From: an uncultured Aliarcobacter sp. | GTDB lineage: Bacteria > Campylobacterota > Campylobacteria > Campylobacterales > Arcobacteraceae | Assembly: GCA_963677435.1 (NCBI GenBank) | Contig: OY781945.1 | Coordinates: forward strand, 1,280,001-1,344,000 | DNA: 64,000 bases | Direction of reading: 5' to 3' | Shown: positions 19,363-28,660 of the stretch, piece by piece | Numbering within the stretch: the stretch's first letter is position 1 | Layout: each line of letters starts with the position of its first letter | Notes under the pieces: model-generated | Seen by the model: only the letters and a program-made list of their open reading frames with translations | What the model was told of the DNA's origin: nothing | Database searches by the model: none | Made by a program: the position numbers and the translations under genes

Positions 19363-20046
19363 ATGGATGATATTATTGAACAATTAAAAAACTATACTCT
19401 TTTATGTGTAGAAGATGAAGAGGGTATTAGAAAAAGATTAGTAAATACTTTAAAATACTATTTTGCTGAAGTTTATGAAGCTTCAAATGCTGATGATGGA
19501 TATATTTTATATTATGAACATAAACCAACTATTATAATTTCAGATATTGAGATGCCCAAAAAAAATGGTATTTCAATGGTTCAAGATATTAGAAAAGATG
19601 ATTTAAATACAATTATTATTATGTTAACTGCATATTCAAGTGAAGAGTATCTTTTAAATTTAATAAACCTAAATATTAATCATTATATTTTAAAACCAGT
19701 AACTTCTGAAACACTACTTCAAGGAATAATAAAAGCTTTTGGAAATAGATTAGAAAATAAAATAAAGTTTTGTGAAGATATTTATTTTAATCTAAAACAT
19801 AGAGAACTTTATTATAAAGATGAGGTTGTGAGCTTGAGAAAAAGAGAAAAAGATTTTTTATTATTGCTTCATGAAAATAAAAATAGAATTTTAACATATG
19901 CGATGATTGAAGAGTATATTTGGAAAGATAAAACTATGAGTATGAGTGCTTTAAAAACTTTTATAAAAGAGTTAAGACAGCGATTACCAAAAGATTTAAT
20001 TACAAATGTAGCACTTGAAGGTTATAAACTAACTTCTTTTAAATAA
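19363..20046 (+). CDS. OmpR-family response regulator
   Basis: VEDE, IISDIEMP, LTAY and KP receiver motifs; C-terminal winged helix. Confidence 0.95.
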   Translation: MDDIIEQLKNYTLLCVEDEEGIRKRLVNTLKYYFAEVYEASNADDGYILYYEHKPTIIISDIEMPKKNGISMVQDIRKDDLNTIIIMLTAYSSEEYLLNLINLNINHYILKPVTSETLLQGIIKAFGNRLENKIKFCEDIYFNLKHRELYYKDEVVSLRKREKDFLLLLHENKNRILTYAMIEEYIWKDKTMSMSALKTFIKELRQRLPKDLITNVALEGYKLTSFK

Positions 20047-20055
20047 ATTTTAAAA

Positions 20056-20072
20056 ACTCACCTATTACTCAC
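20056..20072 (+). promoter_or_regulatory. OmpR-type direct repeat ACTCAC-N5-ACTCAC
   Basis: Upstream of the TRAP-pxp operon; same motif and spacing as 17785-17801. Confidence 0.65.
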
Positions 20073-20117
20073 TTGAAATTATTATGATGTTTTTATAATA
20101 AAACCAAGGAGTTTAAC

Positions 20118-21074
20118 ATGTTAAAAAAATGTCTAATAATAGCAACACTAGCAAGTGCTTTACTAGCAGGTGATGTGAAAATGAATTTAAATGCAAAGTA
20201 TGGAGCTACAAATTTTCATACAATTGGTGCTCAAAAATATGCTGATTTAGTAAAAGAATACACAAAAGGAAGTGTTGATATTACTATTCATCCAGGTTCT
20301 TCTTTAATCAAAGGAAATCCTTTAAAAGCTGTAAAAGATGGAACAGTTGCAATGACTGATATGTTTATTCCATTTACAGCAGGTGGAGGAAAAGTTTTTG
20401 GAATATCTGCTTTACCTTTTATTGCTACATCTTATGAAGATGCTTATAGACTTTATCAAATTTCAAAACCAGCTTATGAAAAAACTGCAAAACAATGGAA
20501 TCAAAAACTATTATATAGTGTAACTTGGCCAGCTTCTGGTTTTTACTCAAATAAACAAATGGAATCTATAGAAGATTTCAAAGGTGCAAAAACAAGAACT
20601 TACGATAAAAATTCTGCTGATTTTGTAAATGGAGCAGGAGGAAATGCTGTATCTTTACCTTGGGGAGAAGTATATTCAGCTTTAAGAACAGGAATGGTTG
20701 ATTCTGTTATTACTTCATCATCATCGGGAAAAGATGGTAAGTTTTGGGAAGTATTAAGTAACTACACAAAAATAAATTATGCTTATCCTTTACAAGCTGT
20801 TACTATAAATCTTGATTACTGGAATTCATTGGACAAAGCTCAACAAGATGCTATGTTAAAAGCAGCCGCAGAAATAGAAAAAGCTCAATGGGAAGCTGTA
20901 AAAGTTGAAGACAAAGAGTCTCTTGATATGATGGCTCAAAATGGTATGAAAATTTCAGAAACAAGTGAGCAACTAAAAACTGAGTTAAATAAAATTGCTT
21001 CTAAAATGTTAGATGAATATTTAGCTGATGCTGATAATGAAACAAAAGAAATTTTCAAAGAATATAGAAAGTAA
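20118..21074 (+). CDS. dctP: TRAP substrate-binding protein, probably for pyroglutamate (DctP6/7-like)
   Basis: Signal peptide; NFHT...D.V...T.G...ITIHPGSSL and DFKGAKTR; operonic with pxpABC. Confidence 0.9.
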   Translation: MLKKCLIIATLASALLAGDVKMNLNAKYGATNFHTIGAQKYADLVKEYTKGSVDITIHPGSSLIKGNPLKAVKDGTVAMTDMFIPFTAGGGKVFGISALPFIATSYEDAYRLYQISKPAYEKTAKQWNQKLLYSVTWPASGFYSNKQMESIEDFKGAKTRTYDKNSADFVNGAGGNAVSLPWGEVYSALRTGMVDSVITSSSSGKDGKFWEVLSNYTKINYAYPLQAVTINLDYWNSLDKAQQDAMLKAAAEIEKAQWEAVKVEDKESLDMMAQNGMKISETSEQLKTELNKIASKMLDEYLADADNETKEIFKEYRK

Positions 21075-21078
21075 GCAA

Positions 21079-21564
21079 ATGCAAACATTTTTTAAATTTA
21101 TAAATAAGCTCTCATTGTGGGGAGCTTATTTAGGCGCAGTTGCCTTAGTTTCTTTAACATTGTTAATCTTAACAGAAATTTTCATCAGATATTTTTTTAA
21201 TATGTCAACAATGATTGCAGATGAATATAGTGGATATTTATATTTAGCTTCAATTTTTCTAGGTTTGGCTTATACATTTAATGAAGATGCCCATATTAGA
21301 ATTAATATTATTACTTCAAAAATGAGTGAAAAATCAAATAGATTGATTGATGTAGTTGCTGGAAGTTTTACCATTGTAATTTTACTTTTTGCATTTTATA
21401 GAACGATATTATTTACTTATGACTCTTATTCTATGGATATGCTTTCTGAATCAGTTTCAGCAACTCCCTTATATTTGACTCAATTAGTTATGCCTTTGGG
21501 AATATTGATTTTTATTTTAAGTGTTTTAGTTTTTGTATTAAGAAGGTTAAAAAATGATAAGTGA
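21079..21564 (+). CDS. dctQ: TRAP small permease subunit
   Basis: 4 TM; RYFFN...ADEYSGY and HIRI motifs; ATG at 21079. Confidence 0.92.
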   Translation: MQTFFKFINKLSLWGAYLGAVALVSLTLLILTEIFIRYFFNMSTMIADEYSGYLYLASIFLGLAYTFNEDAHIRINIITSKMSEKSNRLIDVVAGSFTIVILLFAFYRTILFTYDSYSMDMLSESVSATPLYLTQLVMPLGILIFILSVLVFVLRRLKNDK

Positions 21565-22888
21565 TCCACTAATTTTATCTATAGTTATAGTATTTATAAT
21601 GTTTATTTTTTTATTGTCATCAATTTGGATTGGAGTTTCTCTTATTTTAACTGGAATTGTGGCTATGCTGATTTTTGATTCACAGTTACCACCTATGATT
21701 TCAATATATGATAAGATTGGTGATTTATTGGCTTCATCTATGTATGATTCATTAAATTCATGGTCACTAGCTGCATTACCTATGTTTATTTTGATGGGAG
21801 AGATTTTATATAAATCATCAATCTCAACTAAACTTCTAAATGGTTTGATGCCTTGGTTAAATTTCATTCCAGGGAAATTATTACATATAAATGTGGCTGC
21901 TTGTTCTTTATTTGCAGCAGTTTCAGGTTCAAGTGCTGCAACAACTGCAACAGTTGGAAAAATAACACTTGATGAGCTTGAAAAAAGAGGTTATTCAAAA
22001 TCTTTAGCATTAGGTTCTCTTGCTGGAAGTGGAACACTTGGTTTTTTAATTCCTCCATCTTTAATTATGATTATTTATGGTGTATTGTCTGATGTATCTA
22101 TTGGAAAATTATTTATGGCAGGAATATTACCTGGACTAATGCTTGCAACTTTATATTCAGTTTATATAATGCTTGTTTCAAAAATAGATAAAAGTGTAGT
22201 TCCAACTGATGAAAATAAGTATGTATTAAAAGATTTTATAAAATCTTTAGAAGAGTTATTCCCAATATTATCTTTAATAACTGTAGTTTTAGGTTCTATT
22301 TATGGAGGAATTGCAACTCCTACAGAAGCTGCATCATTGGGTGTTTTAGGTTCAATTATATTAGCAATTTATTTCAAAAGTTTCTCTTTAGAAGTATTTA
22401 AAAACGCATTATTAAACACAATGAAAACATCAGTAATGATAAGTTTTATTATTGTTGGTGCTGGATTTTTATCTCAAGTTATAGGCTTCTTAGGAATTGC
22501 AAGAGCTATTAGTGAATATATTGGAACTTTAGGTTTAACTCCTATGATGTTAATCTTAATCATTGGAATTATGTATATTTTCCTTGGAATGATACTTGAT
22601 GGTATTTCTATTGTTGTTATGACTTTACCGATTGTTTTACCAATTATTGTTCTTGCTGGATTTGATCCTTTATGGTTTGGTATATTTTTAGTATTTATGG
22701 TTGAGTTATCACAAATTACTCCACCTGTTGGATTCTCCTTATTTGTAATACAAGCAATTAGTGGTGAAAAAATAGAATATATATTAAAAGCTACATTACC
22801 ATTTTTTATTTTGATGATTGTTGCGGTTGTGTTGATAACTTATTTCCCACAAATCGTGCATTTCTTACCAAATTATATGATAAAATAG
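21554..22888 (+). CDS. dctM: TRAP large permease subunit
   Basis: ALPMFILMG, FAAVSGSSAAT, GTLGFLIPPS, ATPTEA and ITPPVG motifs. Confidence 0.96.
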   Translation: MISDPLILSIVIVFIMFIFLLSSIWIGVSLILTGIVAMLIFDSQLPPMISIYDKIGDLLASSMYDSLNSWSLAALPMFILMGEILYKSSISTKLLNGLMPWLNFIPGKLLHINVAACSLFAAVSGSSAATTATVGKITLDELEKRGYSKSLALGSLAGSGTLGFLIPPSLIMIIYGVLSDVSIGKLFMAGILPGLMLATLYSVYIMLVSKIDKSVVPTDENKYVLKDFIKSLEELFPILSLITVVLGSIYGGIATPTEAASLGVLGSIILAIYFKSFSLEVFKNALLNTMKTSVMISFIIVGAGFLSQVIGFLGIARAISEYIGTLGLTPMMLILIIGIMYIFLGMILDGISIVVMTLPIVLPIIVLAGFDPLWFGIFLVFMVELSQITPPVGFSLFVIQAISGEKIEYILKATLPFFILMIVAVVLITYFPQIVHFLPNYMIK

Positions 22889-22898
22889 GAGTAAATTA

Positions 22899-23648
22899 AT
22901 GCAAGGCAATGATATGAAAATAAAATTAAATTGTGATATGGGCGAGAGCTTTGGTATTTGGAAGATGGGAAATGATGAAGAAATCATGCCACTTATTGAT
23001 ATGGCAAATTTAGCTTGTGGTTTTCATGCTAGTGATGCTGTTACAATGAGTCGATCTGTAATATTAGCAAAAAAATATAATGTTACTATTGGTGCACATC
23101 CCTCATATAATGATTTATTAGGTTTTGGAAGAAGAACAGTTTTATGTTCCCTTGAAGAGATAAAATCTATTATTTTATATCAACTAGGAGCGCTAAATGC
23201 TTTTTGTAGAGCACAAGGTGTAGTTCTTTCTTATGTGAAACCTCATGGCGCTTTATACAATGATATGATGCGAGATGAGAATATTTTTAAAGCAGTTTTA
23301 AATGCAGTTTCATCATTTAATAAAAACATTAAACTTATGGTTTTATCAGGTCCAAAAAATGAAGAGTATGAATATACAGCAAAACTTTATGATATGAAAT
23401 TACTTTTCGAAGTATTTGCAGATAGAAACTACAATGATGATGGAAGTTTAGTTTCAAGAATGGATGAAAATGCTGTACTTCATGATGAATTAGAAGTTGT
23501 AAATAGAATAGTTAATCTAAAAGACAAAGGTTATTTATATAGTATAAATGGTCAAAAACTATTTTTAAAAACTGATTCTGTTTGTGTTCATGGGGATAAT
23601 GATAAAGCCTTAGAATTTATTAAACTACTTAGAAAAGCTTTATACTAA
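22899..23648 (+). CDS. pxpA: 5-oxoprolinase subunit A (LamB/YcsF)
   Basis: LNCDMGESFG, ANLACGFH, YVKPHGALYN and CVHGD. Confidence 0.96.
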   Translation: MQGNDMKIKLNCDMGESFGIWKMGNDEEIMPLIDMANLACGFHASDAVTMSRSVILAKKYNVTIGAHPSYNDLLGFGRRTVLCSLEEIKSIILYQLGALNAFCRAQGVVLSYVKPHGALYNDMMRDENIFKAVLNAVSSFNKNIKLMVLSGPKNEEYEYTAKLYDMKLLFEVFADRNYNDDGSLVSRMDENAVLHDELEVVNRIVNLKDKGYLYSINGQKLFLKTDSVCVHGDNDKALEFIKLLRKALY

Positions 23649-24322
23649 TGATTTTTAAAATAGTAAATGTAGATTCTCTGATTATCTATTTTGGAGATAA
23701 AATAGATGAAGATATTGCCCTAAAAATTAAAAAGATTTATCAAGGTTTACGAAAGTTAAACCTTGATGGACTAATAGAAATCATCCCTTCTTATACTTCT
23801 ATTTTTATTACTTTTGATATTTTTAAATATGATTTTGAAACTTTAAAAAATATCATAGAGCAAAATATAAACTTAGATTTACAAGAGAATTTTGATGAAA
23901 AGATTATCACAGTAGATGTTTATTATGGAACTGAAGTTGGATTTGATTTAATTGATATGAGTTCTAAAACAAAAATAAGTATTGAAGAAATTATACAGAT
24001 TCACTCAAATAAACTTTATGATGTTTATGCAATTGGATTTTTGCCAGGTTTTGCATATCTTGCAAAAGTGGATGAAAGAATTGCACTTCCAAGACTTTCT
24101 ACTCCTAGAAAAATAGTTCCAAAAGGAAGTGTTGCAATTGCTGATACTCAAACTGCAATTTATCCCCAACAAAGCCCTGGCGGTTGGAATATTGTAGGTA
24201 AAACGGTTTTTGAACTTTTTGATAAAAAATTAGATAATTTATCTCCATTAAATGTGGGAGATAAAGTAAAATTTAATCCTATTTCAAAGGAAGAATTTTT
24301 AAATCAAGGAGGTGTTTTATGA
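23648..24322 (+). CDS. pxpB: 5-oxoprolinase subunit B
   Basis: GFLPGFAYL, PR..VPKGSV.IA and SPGGWNIVG. Confidence 0.95.
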   Translation: MIFKIVNVDSLIIYFGDKIDEDIALKIKKIYQGLRKLNLDGLIEIIPSYTSIFITFDIFKYDFETLKNIIEQNINLDLQENFDEKIITVDVYYGTEVGFDLIDMSSKTKISIEEIIQIHSNKLYDVYAIGFLPGFAYLAKVDERIALPRLSTPRKIVPKGSVAIADTQTAIYPQQSPGGWNIVGKTVFELFDKKLDNLSPLNVGDKVKFNPISKEEFLNQGGVL

Positions 24323-25230
24323 GTTTAGAAGTTGTAAATAATCCTCTTTTTGTAACAATTCAAGATAAAGGACGATTTGGATATTCCCACATTGGAGTAA
24401 CTTCAAGTGGTGTAATGGATGAATATGCTTATTTTTGTGCAAATCAGTTATTGAAAAATCATTTAGATACAAATATTTTAGAAATTGCATTTTCAAATGT
24501 AGTTTTTAAAGCAAATGCAAATACTCAAATAGCAATTACAGGTGCTAGTTGTGAGTTTTTTATAAATGATATTCTAAAAGAATCTTGGAGAAGTCATAAT
24601 ATTAAAAATGGCGATATTATTAAAATTGGGAAAATCTTATCTGGAAATAGGGTGTATATAGCTGTTTTTGGTGGATTTAATATTAAAAAAGAATTTGGAA
24701 GTAATAGTGTTACAATAAAAGAAAATCTTGGTGGAATAGATGGAAATAAGTTAAAAAAAGGTGATATTTTACCTTTTGAAAATTATGTTTCTACTCATAC
24801 AATTCGCCTAAAAAATGAGTTTATTCCAAAATATGAAGAAGAGTTGATTCTTAGAGTAATCTTTTCATATCAAGAAAGTCATTTTTTAAAAGAAGAAAAG
24901 CAAAAGTTTTTAAATTCAACATATTTAGTTACGAATGATTTTAATAGAATGGCTTGTAAATTAAGTGGTGAAGCAATCAAGTGTGATATAAATGGAATAA
25001 TATCAGAAGGTATCGCTTTTGGAAGTATTCAAATCCCAAGTGATGGGCAACCTATAGTTTTATTAAAAGATAGGCAAACAATTGGTGGTTATCCAAAAAT
25101 TGGAGTTGTTTTAAGTTTAGATTGTTTTAAATTATCCCAAGCAAAAGCTAATACAAAAATAAGATTTGAAGAGATATCTTATGAAGAGGCAATTCAAAAG
25201 ACAAAAGAGTTTTATTCCTCTTTCTTATGA
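24319..25230 (+). CDS. pxpC: 5-oxoprolinase subunit C
   Basis: TIQDKGRFG...GV..SG.MD and GSIQIP.DGQPI....DRQT.GGYPKI. Confidence 0.95.
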   Translation: MSLEVVNNPLFVTIQDKGRFGYSHIGVTSSGVMDEYAYFCANQLLKNHLDTNILEIAFSNVVFKANANTQIAITGASCEFFINDILKESWRSHNIKNGDIIKIGKILSGNRVYIAVFGGFNIKKEFGSNSVTIKENLGGIDGNKLKKGDILPFENYVSTHTIRLKNEFIPKYEEELILRVIFSYQESHFLKEEKQKFLNSTYLVTNDFNRMACKLSGEAIKCDINGIISEGIAFGSIQIPSDGQPIVLLKDRQTIGGYPKIGVVLSLDCFKLSQAKANTKIRFEEISYEEAIQKTKEFYSSFL

Positions 25231-26021
25231 GTTAATAATTTCTCAAAAATCTCTTTTGATTCTTCTTCTTTTTGATATGAACAAATTTTAAACTCATATT
25301 TAGCTTTTATAAATAGTCCTGAATTGCTTTTTAAAGTAGTATTTGACAATAAATGTTCTAAATTGAGGATAGAATCAATAATAGGTTTTTTATCCTCTTT
25401 TTCTCCCATTACAATAAAAATTAGGAATTTATTTTCGTTGTATCTAACTATTTTAAAATCAATATTTTCATCTTTTAGTTTTTGTTTTATAAATTTAGCT
25501 GCAAAAATAAGTAAGTTATTTGCTAAAAGTTCACCATACTCTTTTTGAATATATAAATAGTCAATAACATCAGCTAAAATACAAAGACCAGCTTGTTGAA
25601 ATTTTGTATTTTCATCTAAGAATTTAGTATAAATCCATTTTTTATTGAATGTATTTGTTAAATCATCTAAAAAAAGTTTTTCATTTAAATTTTTTACTTC
25701 ATGTTCTAATTCAAGCATTTTTTTATAAATATCAACTAAAGAACTTACATCTTTATTTAATACTGCATTTGTTGCATCTTTCGCATTTTCTTGGAGTATT
25801 GCAGTACTTTTTGCGATTATATTCATATATTTTTCAATTGTTTGGAAATCTTCAGATATTAATTGATTAATTTCAGTTTTAAAGTTTTCATCATCTAAAT
25901 CTATCTCTAACTCTTTTGCATGATAGTTAAACCTATCAAAATATGTTGATGGAAGTATAATATTATTATTTAAAAGTTCATTTATAGTTAAATCTGTTAT
26001 TTTTTTTAATTCTTGTTTCAA
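25212..26021 (-). CDS. Degenerate GGDEF-like domain protein
   Basis: Coiled coil then DDLT...NKK and YGEL.A..L, but signature is VRYNENKF instead of GGDEF. Confidence 0.7.
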   Translation of the reverse strand: MKQELKKITDLTINELLNNNIILPSTYFDRFNYHAKELEIDLDDENFKTEINQLISEDFQTIEKYMNIIAKSTAILQENAKDATNAVLNKDVSSLVDIYKKMLELEHEVKNLNEKLFLDDLTNTFNKKWIYTKFLDENTKFQQAGLCILADVIDYLYIQKEYGELLANNLLIFAAKFIKQKLKDENIDFKIVRYNENKFLIFIVMGEKEDKKPIIDSILNLEHLLSNTTLKSNSGLFIKAKYEFKICSYQKEEESKEIFEKLLTHKKEE

Positions 26022-27247
26022 TCTTTCTCTCCAAATAATTCTTTAATGCATTTAGGTTTTCCAATATAATAACCTTGTGAATAATCAATTTGTACATTTT
26101 TTACATATCTTAAAATTTTTAAGTCACTCACAAATTCAGCAACAACTTTAATATCTTGTTGTTTTGAAAATAAAACAATACTTTTAATTAAGTTTAAATA
26201 TATATCTTCATCTATTTTTTTTATTAAAGACCCATCAATTTTTATGTAATCAATGTTTAAATTCAGTATATTCTCATAATTTGAAAAACCTGTACCAAAA
26301 TCATCAATTGCGATTTTAACACCAAGTTTTTTTATCTCATTAATAAAATTATTTACCATTTCAAAGCTATTTACTTTCTCACTTTCAAGTATTTCAAGAG
26401 TAAGATACTTCCCAATATTATTACTTTTTATCTTAGAAAGAAGAGTTTTTTTTATCTGTGGATTTAATATATCTGTATAATCAAGGTTTATGCTCACATG
26501 AATTTTATATTTTAGAATATAAATTATGATTTTATCAATTAAAATTTCCATGAGTTTGTTGTATAGTCTACATTTCTTTGCTTTATGAATAAAAATATTA
26601 GGCATTATTATATGACCATTTTTATCAAATATTCTCATTAAAGCTTCATATTTAACTATTTCATCATTTTCATTATCCATAATAGGTTGAAGATATGGCT
26701 CAACTAGATTATTATTAATATTATAATTTAGAACTTCAAGAAGATCTTCATTTATAAAATCATTTTTATATAAAAATGAATCATAATATGTATAATGAAT
26801 ATAGTTTATCTTTGCATTATGAAGTGCTTTTTCCGCATAAATTTTAAGGTTTTTATCACTACTTTTTGCACAACCAATAGTAACATCAATATTTATTGTT
26901 GAAATATTATCTAAGAGTTGAAAATTATGAGATACAATATTTTCATAAATTAGATTTTTTATTTTTACGATATCTTCAACGCTAAGATTATCATAGATTA
27001 ATATCTCAAATACATCGGTGTGAATATTTTTTATTTTGATTTTGATGTTTTTCTTTAGAGCTTTTTTTATTAGTTCTTTGGTTTTGTTCGTTAGGATTTG
27101 ATTTAGTTGTTTTATAATGGAATCACCATTTTTAAAATTATAAATTGCATTTAAATCTTTCATATATAAAATATCAATTAAAAAAAGAGTTTTTATATTA
27201 TTTTTTCTGATAAAAATGTTTAATAATTTATGTAATAACACAACCAA
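26018..27247 (-). CDS. EAL phosphodiesterase with degenerate GGDEF domain
   Basis: YEALMR, IAIDDFGTGFS, KIDGS, VAEFV and QGY motifs. Confidence 0.92.
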   Translation of the reverse strand: MVVLLHKLLNIFIRKNNIKTLFLIDILYMKDLNAIYNFKNGDSIIKQLNQILTNKTKELIKKALKKNIKIKIKNIHTDVFEILIYDNLSVEDIVKIKNLIYENIVSHNFQLLDNISTINIDVTIGCAKSSDKNLKIYAEKALHNAKINYIHYTYYDSFLYKNDFINEDLLEVLNYNINNNLVEPYLQPIMDNENDEIVKYEALMRIFDKNGHIIMPNIFIHKAKKCRLYNKLMEILIDKIIIYILKYKIHVSINLDYTDILNPQIKKTLLSKIKSNNIGKYLTLEILESEKVNSFEMVNNFINEIKKLGVKIAIDDFGTGFSNYENILNLNIDYIKIDGSLIKKIDEDIYLNLIKSIVLFSKQQDIKVVAEFVSDLKILRYVKNVQIDYSQGYYIGKPKCIKELFGEKD

Positions 27248-27421
27248 AGCCTTTGTAAACTCAAATAACGCCCCAATTATATATTATTTATCTTAAATAT
27301 GTATGAAAAAAATCTCTATAAAATAAATATTATATTTTAGTTACAAATTTATCACCAAAATTTTAGATTTAATAAAAATTTGGATAAAATCGGGACATTT
27401 TATAAATAGGATTATATAAAA

Positions 27422-28054
27422 ATGAGAAAAATAAATATTAAAGATTTAGAATTAAATATAGATATTACATACATTTTGAATTTATACGCTTCAAAAACTC
27501 CAATTATTATTGATGTAGATGGAAATATTTTTACAAAAGAAGATGAAGTTAAGAAAAAAGCTGTAATTTATCGAAATCACGATGTAAAACAATTATCTTC
27601 AATACTTGATGCAAAAGCAATAGCTTCACATCTTTTTGCAGATTATAAAGTAAATATCGTAGGAACAATTTGCAAGATGAAACCAGTTTCAAATTGGCAA
27701 AATATTATTGATATGAATAAAACAACTATGCTTTATTTTGATCACCAAAGTGATGGAGTTGAAATATTTGAAGATAAAGAGCTTGAAGATTATGGTTGGA
27801 ATGCTAGTGCTTTAGAAATTAATTATAGAGAAATTAGTGAATTTATTGAAAAGTCATGTGATGGTGTTTTACTTTGTTATGATAACGAAATTCAATTTAG
27901 TGGTTTTGTAATCGTTAATGATTTAGAGGATGTAAAACAAAAAGTTAAAGAGTACATAATAAATAAAGCAAAACAAAATATTAAAGAGCAAATAATTGAT
28001 ATTGAAAATGATGATGTTATTGATGCTTTAGAATTTTTTGGAATAGAGGCATAA
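27422..28054 (+). CDS. Hypothetical protein
   Basis: 210-aa ORF with AGGA RBS. Confidence 0.75.
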   Translation: MRKINIKDLELNIDITYILNLYASKTPIIIDVDGNIFTKEDEVKKKAVIYRNHDVKQLSSILDAKAIASHLFADYKVNIVGTICKMKPVSNWQNIIDMNKTTMLYFDHQSDGVEIFEDKELEDYGWNASALEINYREISEFIEKSCDGVLLCYDNEIQFSGFVIVNDLEDVKQKVKEYIINKAKQNIKEQIIDIENDDVIDALEFFGIEA

Positions 28055-28058
28055 ATAA

Positions 28059-28597
28059 ATGGAAGATATTATACGAGATTGGGGCTATTTAGCTCTTTTC
28101 TTATACTCTTTTGGTGGTGGATTTGTAGGTTTGGTTGTTGCAGGAGTTTTATCATACTCTGGGGATTTAAATATTTATATTTCAATTCTAGTAGCAGGAG
28201 TTTCAAACTTTTTAGGTGACCAGTTTTTATTTTTTTTAGCTAGAAAAAATAAAAATTATGCAAAAGATATGATGAAAAAATATGGTAGAAAAATTGCCCT
28301 TGCTCATATAATGATGAGAAAATATGGTTCTTTTGTAGTTTTTGTACAAAAATATATTTATGGTATAAAAACATTAATTCCACTTGCTATGGACTTACAA
28401 AATATCCAGCAGCTAAATTTGCATTTTTTAACTCACTAGCAACTATCCTTTGGGCCTGTGTCGTTGGATATTTAAGCTTTACAGCAGGAAAATATATTTT
28501 AAGTTTAGGAGATGATTTTAAATATATAGGATTAGGAATAGTTCTTGTGATTTTTTTATCAATAACTTATATTTTCAAAAAAATAGAAAAAAAATAA
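28059..28597 (+). pseudogene. DedA family membrane protein with a 1-nt frameshift near 28390
   Basis: DedA motifs (LGDQFLF, KYG...F...YIYG.K). ATG GA CTT ACA AAA TAT lacks one G; the shifted frame continues GLTKYPAAKFAFFNSLATILW...KK to TAA at 28595-28597. Confidence 0.8.
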
Positions 28598-28660
28598 CAC
28601 TTACACAAAAGTACTTTATAGTTTTAGATATAATAAATAAAAAACTATAAAGGCTTTCCC

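Noticed and set aside
28411..28440. Second frameshift in dedA at the T-run
   Set aside because: Six Ts give GCA TTT TTT AAC in frame; only one lesion is needed
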